A stretch of 64,000 nucleotides of DNA from an uncultured bacterium (lineage in GTDB: Bacteria > Krumholzibacteriota > Krumholzibacteriia > Krumholzibacteriales > Krumholzibacteriaceae), in NCBI GenBank assembly GCA_963786935.1, contig CAWBAN010000002.1, forward strand, positions 416,001 to 480,000, given 5' to 3'. The notes under the pieces were generated by a model. That model was not told the origin of the DNA and ran no database searches. It saw only the letters and a program-made list of their open reading frames with translations. The translations under genes and the position numbers were made by a program. This document shows positions 57,130 to 64,000 of this stretch, in pieces. The stretch's first letter is position 1. The number at the start of each line of letters is the position of its first letter.

Positions 57130-58329
57130 TTAATTGCCTCCCAGATCGTACGAGAAGTTGTACTTGAACGAGAACTGGATGCGGAAATCCTCGGCCTTCC
57201 AGTCGTCGTTGTAGTTCTCCCGCTGGGCCCACTGGATCTCGGGACCCAGAAGAACGCCGGGCGTCGGCGTGTACAGCATGTTCACGAGCGCATACTGGCC
57301 CGTCTGGAACGCGTCGTCGGTCTGCCCTTCGGTGTTGTCGATGTCGACGCGCGAATAGCCTACCGTGCTCGTCCACTTGTCGTTCCACGTGCGGTCGTAG
57401 AAAGCGACGAGCCCGAAAATCGGGAGCGCCTCGCCCTCGACGGGGCGCTTCGTGCTCATCGTATTCGGCACGAGACCGATGTCCACGGTGGCGTCGTTCA
57501 TGTAGTTCTCGATGCCTTCGCCGTAGACGAACTGAAGACGGAGCACGTCCTGCTTGACCTTGAGGTTGGAGCTGAGATTGAGGCCCCACCCGGTGGCGCT
57601 GCCGCCGAGCTCGTACTCGTCTTCCATCACGTCGTCCCACTTGATGTAGCGGACGATGCCGGCGAGCTCCACGTAGCCCCAGGGGCGGCCGACACGGGCT
57701 TCGGCGGAGAAGTCGGGATACGGGTAATGTCCCTTGAGGCCCTCGGACACCTGCGAGTAGTCGACGTAGTCGCCCGCGTCGCCGCTCGCGCCCGGACGCT
57801 CGAGCGCGAAGGTCACGCGCGAATCCCCCTGGAGCGGCATCCACCGGACCTGCACGTTGCGGAAGAACACCATGCCGTTCGGTCCCCAGTATTCGAGCGA
57901 GTTCGGGAACACGTCGATGTCCATGAACGGGCTCCAGGTCTGGCCGGCGCCGACCTTGCCCAGCTCGCCGTAAGCGTGACGGAGCCGGAAGGTCGTCTGC
58001 CCCGCGTCTACGCCCGTTCCGAAGAGCTCGAACTCGAAGGTCGTTCTCAATTCGCCGAGCGGCGTCTGCGTCCAGCTCTTCACGCCGAAACGGCTCTGAC
58101 GGACGCCGGAGAAGAAGTGTCCGTCCTCGCCGAACTCGTTCTTGTACGCGGGTAGCTTCGTGGGCCGCAGCACGTCGAACCAGTTCGGATCGTTCTGCTT
58201 GGCCTGATAGCCCATGTCGAGCATCGCGTGTCCGTAGATCTTGAACGTCGTTTCCTGCGCGCCCGCCGCGCTCGGCGGGAGCATGCCTGCGAGGCTCACC
58301 AGCAGGAGAGCCACTGCAAACAGTCTCAT
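57130..58329 (-). CDS. DcaP-like trimeric outer-membrane porin
   Basis: VRQSRFG, FRLRHAYGE, GQTWSPFMD, terminal FKYNF. Confidence 0.85.
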   Translation of the reverse strand: MRLFAVALLLVSLAGMLPPSAAGAQETTFKIYGHAMLDMGYQAKQNDPNWFDVLRPTKLPAYKNEFGEDGHFFSGVRQSRFGVKSWTQTPLGELRTTFEFELFGTGVDAGQTTFRLRHAYGELGKVGAGQTWSPFMDIDVFPNSLEYWGPNGMVFFRNVQVRWMPLQGDSRVTFALERPGASGDAGDYVDYSQVSEGLKGHYPYPDFSAEARVGRPWGYVELAGIVRYIKWDDVMEDEYELGGSATGWGLNLSSNLKVKQDVLRLQFVYGEGIENYMNDATVDIGLVPNTMSTKRPVEGEALPIFGLVAFYDRTWNDKWTSTVGYSRVDIDNTEGQTDDAFQTGQYALVNMLYTPTPGVLLGPEIQWAQRENYNDDWKAEDFRIQFSFKYNFSYDLGGN

Positions 58330-58397
58330 CGCACACCTCCTTGCGAATACGTCCGTCGCTCACCCGGATCGAGGCACGGCGCCTCGATCCCGCTGCC

Positions 58398-59501
58398 TCA
58401 TTTCACGTGAGCTTTTTCCCACGCCCTCACTTTTTGCCTCGCCTCGTCGAAGAGCCGCTCGTAATTCCCCTTGAGGAATTTCTCGCGCGCGTCCGGCGTC
58501 AGCTCGGCGAGCAGGGGGGCGTACTGCTCGTAGACGGAAAGGTACTTCGATTGCTCGGTCGGGGCCACCTCGTCGGTGCCGAATAGAAAACGGTCCGGGA
58601 ACTTGTTGATGAGGGCCGCCGTCGCCTTGATCGCCTCGGGACTCGAAACCACGTACTTCGCGACCTGGTCCCAGGAGAGGTCGACGTAGAAGTTCCGGAG
58701 ATCGGGATTGGAGAGGCCGCGCTCCATGATGGCGAGCTGGTCGGGAACGGGCCGCACGACGCGGCCGAGCCCCGCGTGCGCCCAGATGATCTTGGTGGCG
58801 GGGTGGCGCTTGATGAGGTCCCTGAGCTGCGTCACCTGGTAGGGCTCCTGGTTCGGCTTGGGGAACGGCACGTCGACGTCGTTGTGGAGTATGACGAGGA
58901 GGCCGACTTCCCCCGCGAAATCGAAGAGCCGGTCGAGCGCCGGATTCAGAAGGCTCGCCGTTTCGCCGGCTATCTTCGAGGACACGAACTCCTTGTGAAT
59001 GGAGAACTCGCCGATTCCCGAGAAGACCCCGGGGAACGTTTCCAGCACCCGCCGGACGTGATCCGCCGCGTACATGTCTGTGGGATTGAACCCCGTGATC
59101 ATCGGATCGAGGCGGGCCTGCTCCTCCTTCGAGAGCGAGAGATAGGCCATCGCGATGAAGGCGTCGGTGAAGGAGTAGTAGTAGAGGGGAGCGTCCGTCT
59201 GCAGGTAGTACGTGGGGGCGTAGTCGCCCGTATTCTCGTACGCCCACATCTGCTGGAGCGGGAGTCCGAAGATCGCCGCGCGCCCCACCTTGTTCCCCAT
59301 GAGCTTCATGTAGTCATGGATGTTCGTGCCTTCTTGTATGTAGTTCGTCAGATGCAGGTGGCAGTCGTTGAGGACGTACGGTCCGCCGGCCGCGCCGGGA
59401 GCCTGCGCCGCCGCGGGAGCGGCCGGGATTCCCGACGCCGTCAGGAGAACCGCGAGCCCCACCAGGACCCTGCCGAGCACCTTCCGAGAGATTTCGATCA
59501 T
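58398..59501 (-). CDS. secreted amidohydrolase-superfamily protein
   Basis: Signal peptide; DCHLH, GIGE, ILHND, WAHAG, FLFGTD. Confidence 0.85.
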   Translation of the reverse strand: MIEISRKVLGRVLVGLAVLLTASGIPAAPAAAQAPGAAGGPYVLNDCHLHLTNYIQEGTNIHDYMKLMGNKVGRAAIFGLPLQQMWAYENTGDYAPTYYLQTDAPLYYYSFTDAFIAMAYLSLSKEEQARLDPMITGFNPTDMYAADHVRRVLETFPGVFSGIGEFSIHKEFVSSKIAGETASLLNPALDRLFDFAGEVGLLVILHNDVDVPFPKPNQEPYQVTQLRDLIKRHPATKIIWAHAGLGRVVRPVPDQLAIMERGLSNPDLRNFYVDLSWDQVAKYVVSSPEAIKATAALINKFPDRFLFGTDEVAPTEQSKYLSVYEQYAPLLAELTPDAREKFLKGNYERLFDEARQKVRAWEKAHVK

Positions 59502-59538
59502 CGTTTTCCCTCCTTACGCGTGCCGCGCCCGTCAAGAG

Positions 59539-60897
59539 CTAGAGCAAAATGTCCGTTCCGAGCGAGAAGGTCGTTCCGGTCTGGCCGGCCGTGTAGTAGC
59601 CGAAATTCGAGCCCGCCGGGCTCTGCTCGATATGCAAGATGTGCATATTGAGCCGCCAGCTGCGGTTCCCGTACGGATAGAAGCTCGCGCCGCCTCCCAG
59701 CTCCCACGGGTTCCTCTTGAATTCGTCGGAGACGTAGGAGCCGACGGCGTAGAGACCGAGCTTCCGGGGCACGACCATGTGCATGGCCTCGGCGAAGAAG
59801 CTATGGTCCACGATCGAGCCGGAGGGAGACGGCACGGGCGCCCCGGTGGTGGAATCGAGGGCAAGGAAGTCCGACAGCTGCCGGATCGTGTATTCGCACT
59901 GGAAGGAGAATCCCCGGTACTTGGCGCCCGCATCGAAGGCGACGTCCTGGTACACGAGTCTTTCAACCGTCACGCCTTCGGCCAGAGCCCCCGCCTCGAA
60001 CGGATAGACGCCGTCCGAGAGCCGGATCTGCGTGGCGTTCGGGGGCTGGTCGAGCGCGGCGTAGCGGCTCTCACGGCTCGTTGCCGCGGACACGCCGATG
60101 CGCGTAGCCAGCTGTTCGTGGTTTTCCAGGTCCCCGAACCCTCCGCGGGGGCCGAACTCGCCCGTCGTGGGCATCCACCAGACGCTCGCGCCATAGCCCA
60201 TATCGCGCGTATCGTTCGTCGCCGTGACGCCGAGCTGGCTCAAGTTCGTCGTAATCCCGGCGGTATAGTAGAAGCGGTCGACGGGAGAGCCGGTGATGAA
60301 GAATCCCGATGAAAAGCCGCCTCGAAGGGCTTCCTCCCCCATCTGCCGGTCGGAGCCGGCCCAGAACGGCCACGAGCCCTGCATCGAGCGGCAGGTCAGG
60401 TTGGGACTGATGCCGCCGCCGAAGGTGAGGGCCTTGGATACGGTGTATCGCAGGTTGCCGAACACGAGAGTCTGCTGGGTCGTCGGGAGCGACCATATGG
60501 TGAGAGTGTACTTGAGCCGGGGATCGAAAAAGAATCCGCTCACCCAGACCATGCTGCGGTGCCAGTAGATGTCGTTCCGCGTCTTTACGGTGCGCACGCG
60601 ACCGAGGTGGTCGACGAACGTCTGTTCGCCGGGGAGCTGGTTCAGGTACCGGAGCAACCCGTAGACGCTGATGTTCAGACTGCCGCGTTCCGATTTGAAG
60701 ATATCGAATCCCTTTGCGGGAGTGAACTCGCCGGCGATGTTGTTCTGGGACGTCGCATCGGCATCGGCGGCGGTCTTTTCCTCGGGGAGGGGCGCCTCGT
60801 CCTGCGCCGACGCGGCGATAGGGAAGGCGATCAGCATTCCGAGAAGAATCAGCATCATGGAGAATGCACGCATGCTCGAAACTCCTTTCAGTTTCAT
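59539..60897 (-). CDS. hypothetical outer-membrane porin-like protein
   Basis: Signal peptide; amphipathic beta strands; operon context. Confidence 0.7.
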   Translation of the reverse strand: MKLKGVSSMRAFSMMLILLGMLIAFPIAASAQDEAPLPEEKTAADADATSQNNIAGEFTPAKGFDIFKSERGSLNISVYGLLRYLNQLPGEQTFVDHLGRVRTVKTRNDIYWHRSMVWVSGFFFDPRLKYTLTIWSLPTTQQTLVFGNLRYTVSKALTFGGGISPNLTCRSMQGSWPFWAGSDRQMGEEALRGGFSSGFFITGSPVDRFYYTAGITTNLSQLGVTATNDTRDMGYGASVWWMPTTGEFGPRGGFGDLENHEQLATRIGVSAATSRESRYAALDQPPNATQIRLSDGVYPFEAGALAEGVTVERLVYQDVAFDAGAKYRGFSFQCEYTIRQLSDFLALDSTTGAPVPSPSGSIVDHSFFAEAMHMVVPRKLGLYAVGSYVSDEFKRNPWELGGGASFYPYGNRSWRLNMHILHIEQSPAGSNFGYYTAGQTGTTFSLGTDILL

Positions 60898-60993
60898 GTG
60901 TGGCCCCCGTTCTTTCGGGAGCGAACGCCAGTCTATGAAATACGCCCGAAACGGTCTATAGGACCTTGGTCCAATGAGGCTAGCGGAGCGAAC

Positions 60994-62029
60994 TCAATAC
61001 CAGGTATAGCTCAGAGACGTGATGATGCCGTAGTCGCTCGTCGCGCCCTCTCCGGAGGTGGACTTGTTGTCGTATTGGTCGTAGACCTCGAGATCGAAGA
61101 AGAAATCGTTGATGATTTCCCGGCGGATGTCCACGGTTATATCCGATCGGTACCGGCCCTTTTCCGTAATGCTCGGATAGAGTTGAAGCTTGATGTCCAA
61201 TGCCGTTTTCGGGTGATTGTACTGGTAGATCGAATAGGAAACGCTGAGCACGGCCTCGAGGCTGGAGGTCGTTCCTTCCGATGTGTACGACTCCTCCTCG
61301 TTGAGCGCGAGACCGGCGGCTCCCGTGAGCATGCTTTCATTGGTGGCGATCAGGTTGTAGCCGGCGCCCACGACTCCGAGAAAGCGGAGTCTTCAAGTTC
61401 AGCTCATCGTTGCGCTCCACCTTGGCGCCGAGCGAAAGGGTCACCTTCTGGGGAAGAAGGTAGGCGTAGGAGCCTCCGGCGCTGGCGCGGGTCTTCCCCT
61501 CGCCCGCCTGATCCGTTTCCGTCCAGTTGACGTCCGTGTCGACGATCGTCTTCGGGGTGCGGTAGCGATTGGAGAGGTCGAAGTACAGCTCGGCCAGGTC
61601 CGTCGACTTCGCGTAGCTGAATCCGATCTTGGCGCTGCCCTGGCATCGGGACCAGAACGTCTTCTCGATCGGCGCGATCCACACGGTGGAGAGCATCGGG
61701 AGATTCACGGCCGTCGTATCGCTCGTCACGCGAAGCCTGCCCGTCCCTTCGAGGATCTCAATCGAGCCGAAGTACAGGCTCCCGTCCGAGCTCGTGACGC
61801 GGAAATAGTATCCCGAGCTGAGGGAGTCGATGTCGGCCCACTCGATGTAGAGCTTGTCCATCGAGTCGGTCATCACCTCGAGCTTTCCCCTCGACAGCAT
61901 CTTGATCTCGCACGTCACCCGGTCGCCGCTCTTGAGCTTCACGGTGTCCGTCTTGGGGCGGGCGGCGGCCGGCGCGAATGCCGCGAGGATCATGAGCGCC
62001 GCGAGAATCGGTGCACGCCATCTCCACAT
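60994..62029 (-). CDS. DUF481-like outer-membrane protein, one +1 frameshift near 61390
   Basis: DTVKLKSGDRVT N-terminus; removing one base gives ELNLKLRFLGVVGAGY and joins the two ORFs; terminal LSYTWY. Confidence 0.75.
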
Positions 62030-62114
62030 GACGGTAAGGATACAAGGCGGGCTCTGCGCGGGCAACCGCAATTTCGGGCGGGATAGGGACGCTCGCAGAA
62101 AACGCTCTATTGTA

Positions 62115-62285
62115 TTACTTGCTTCTCGGCGCCATCTTGCGGCGTGCCGCCGATTCGGCTTTGCTCGTGCGCCGCATGTCCGCGGCCTGCGCGCGCTTGT
62201 AGGCTTGAATATCCTTGAATCGCCCCTTGCCGGCGAACGGCTTCTTGCCCTTGGCGCTGCGATGGGTCGATTTCTTGCCCGGCAT
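62115..62285 (-). CDS. 56-aa highly basic small protein (below ORF-track cutoff)
   Basis: RBS AAGGAGG; MPGKKSTHRSAKGKKPFAGKGRFKDIQAYKRAQAADMRRTSKAESAARRKMAPRSK-stop. Confidence 0.7.
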   Translation of the reverse strand: MPGKKSTHRSAKGKKPFAGKGRFKDIQAYKRAQAADMRRTSKAESAARRKMAPRSK

Positions 62286-62468
62286 CACGGACCTCCTTCT
62301 GTATGCTTCCCGACAGGATGTTTCTCGACTCGAGTCTTGCCCGATCAGGGCATTTGGTCAATAATTTTCTTGCGCTCCGGCCGCCCAGCTTCTCGTTGAC
62401 TCCCGAAAAGGCTTGCCCCTATACTCCCCTCAATTTTCCGGGGCACGGAAAATGCAAAAGGACCGGTT

Positions 62469-63353
62469 ATGAAGCCGAATCTCGTGCTCGTATCCGCGCT
62501 CGTCATGCTGCTGCTCGCCTCCGCGGGCGCGACCGCCGCGCCGCTCGCGGCCGTGTCGAGGAGCCCCTATGCGGGCGCCATCGCCGTCGACGCCGCCACG
62601 GGCAGGGTGCTCTTCGAGGACAACGCCGACGCGCGTCTGTATCCGGCGAGCGTCACCAAGCTGATGGTGCTGCTCGTTCTTCTCGAAGCGGTCGAGGCCG
62701 GCCGCCTCGATCTCGACGAGCCGGTCACGGTGACCGATCAGGCCGCGAAAACCGGCGGATCGCAGGTCTACTTGAAGACGGGAGAGGTGTTCCCGGTCAA
62801 CGAGCTCCTCTACGCGCTCGTCGTCGAGTCGGCGAACGACGCGGCGGTGGCGCTGGCCATCCATTACGCGGGGAGCAAGGCCTCGTTCGTGGATCTGATG
62901 AACTCGCGGGCGCGCGAGATAGGGATGACGAACACGACCTTTCACTCGGTGCACGGGCTTCCCCCGGGCAAGGGGCAGCTCCCCGACGTTTCCACCGCGC
63001 GGGACGTCGCCAAGCTGTGCCGGGTGCTCCTGGAGACGCCTCGAACGTTGAAATACACCTCGACGAGGCGGCATCTGTTCCGCGCCGGCACGGCCCATCC
63101 GTTCGTGCTGACGAATCACAACAAGCTGCTCGGAAAAGTGGCGGGATGCGACGGGCTCAAGACGGGGTATTTCAGGGCGGCGGGATACTCGATCGCCGTG
63201 ACCGCCGCCAGGCAGGATCAGCGGACCATCGCCGTCGTGCTCGGAGCGTCGAACGCAAAGGTCAGAAACTCCAAGGCGAAAGAGCTTCTCGCCAGGGGGC
63301 TGCGGGAGCTCGCGCCGAACGCGACCGTATCCGCATCGGCCGCCGCGCAGTGA
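62469..63353 (+). CDS. D-alanyl-D-alanine carboxypeptidase (S11)
   Basis: PASVTK (SxxK), SAND (SxN), GLKTGY; signal peptide; upstream TTGACT-18-TATACT (62396-62425). Confidence 0.92.
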   Translation: MKPNLVLVSALVMLLLASAGATAAPLAAVSRSPYAGAIAVDAATGRVLFEDNADARLYPASVTKLMVLLVLLEAVEAGRLDLDEPVTVTDQAAKTGGSQVYLKTGEVFPVNELLYALVVESANDAAVALAIHYAGSKASFVDLMNSRAREIGMTNTTFHSVHGLPPGKGQLPDVSTARDVAKLCRVLLETPRTLKYTSTRRHLFRAGTAHPFVLTNHNKLLGKVAGCDGLKTGYFRAAGYSIAVTAARQDQRTIAVVLGASNAKVRNSKAKELLARGLRELAPNATVSASAAAQ

Positions 63354-63393
63354 TTTTCCTCCTCAATACCGCAATCGTACGCGGGCAGGTCGC

Positions 63394-64000
63394 TCAGGCG
63401 AGCACCTTCCAGAGCTTCATGCCGCTCGCGCCGAAAAGGTTCGGCGTCTGCGGGTACTGCTGCGACGGGAGCATCGTCCGGATCGTGTCGTACCACTGCC
63501 GGTAGGTGGCGCCTGCGGGCAGCGATTGAAGCTTCTGCAAGGCGACGAAGCTGAAAGCGCCGTTCGGCCGCCCGTTGAAATAGGCGTCGTAGCTGTACTC
63601 GGTGTCCTGACATCCCGCGAGAAGGAGAGCGGCGTAACGTCCCGGCGGGCTCGACGGGCGCATGGCCCGCTTCGCGCCGAGCTTCCCGGCGGCCCGCTTC
63701 GAGAGAAACACGCCGGGGGGCAGGAAGCGCACCTTCCGCTGCGGGGGGTGCGCCGATCTCGTGGTCGGCGGGGTGGTGATCGGGACGAACCGGGCCACCG
63801 TTCCCGAGTGGCACGAATCCGAGATCATCACGATCCGTACGCCCTCGTTCCGCGCGCTGAAAAGAGTGAAGAACTCGTCATCCGTGATGGGCCCTTTGGT
63901 CCCGATGTCGTGCGGGCAGATGCACTCGTCGGTGCCGTCGGGCTCGTCGCCGTCGAGATCCGGCACGAACGAGCCGTGCCCCGAATAGGTGAACACGAGA
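63394..64000 (-). CDS. caspase-family (metacaspase) protein, 5'-partial
   Basis: YSGHG and SDSCHSG catalytic dyad motifs, DEPDGTDE, QTPNL. Confidence 0.88.
   Translation of the reverse strand, partial: LVFTYSGHGSFVPDLDGDEPDGTDECICPHDIGTKGPITDDEFFTLFSARNEGVRIVMISDSCHSGTVARFVPITTPPTTRSAHPPQRKVRFLPPGVFLSKRAAGKLGAKRAMRPSSPPGRYAALLLAGCQDTEYSYDAYFNGRPNGAFSFVALQKLQSLPAGATYRQWYDTIRTMLPSQQYPQTPNLFGASGMKLWKVLA

Overview
High-GC bacterial chromosomal window. Two secreted proteins carry C-terminal FlgD-Ig-like (NPFN) sorting tails and there are many outer-membrane barrels, which suggests a diderm candidate lineage such as Krumholzibacteriota or Latescibacterota (inference only). After a glycolate-oxidase-like gene pair comes tRNA-Asn(GTT) at 2918-2993, followed by a ~12.4 kb island. 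The island opens with a ~4 kb AT-richer element: a frameshifted large serine recombinase whose stop codon lies inside the tRNA, a two-tyrosine HUH rolling-circle Rep with a phiX174-like nick motif inside its own gene, and an XRE repressor/ImmA-type protease pair. It continues as an array of integrase-free cargo segments. Each segment ends in a same-orientation copy of the tRNA 3'-end core GGAGCC (7008, 7862, 7911, 10681, 13387, 15394). Three of these copies share a 40-bp arm, and all six arms read on the minus strand as alternative (W/R)L(P/L)... recombinase C-termini. This looks like a serine-recombinase-driven, tRNA-anchored gene-cassette array and is the most interesting signal here. The rest is envelope and metabolic genes: a PadR-permease pair, an Ldt-Lpp/OprI-YafK-like module, gldA, two PutP-family symporters, a Ser/Thr kinase-TPR, a tricorn protease, an acyl-CoA dehydrogenase, PhzF-nagB-DUF4954, a split MprF, a beta-barrel cluster with DcaP and a signal-peptide-bearing glutaminase, a DD-carboxypeptidase and a partial metacaspase. 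Several single-base frameshifts look like sequencing or polishing errors. No database searches were run; family calls are from motif recognition.
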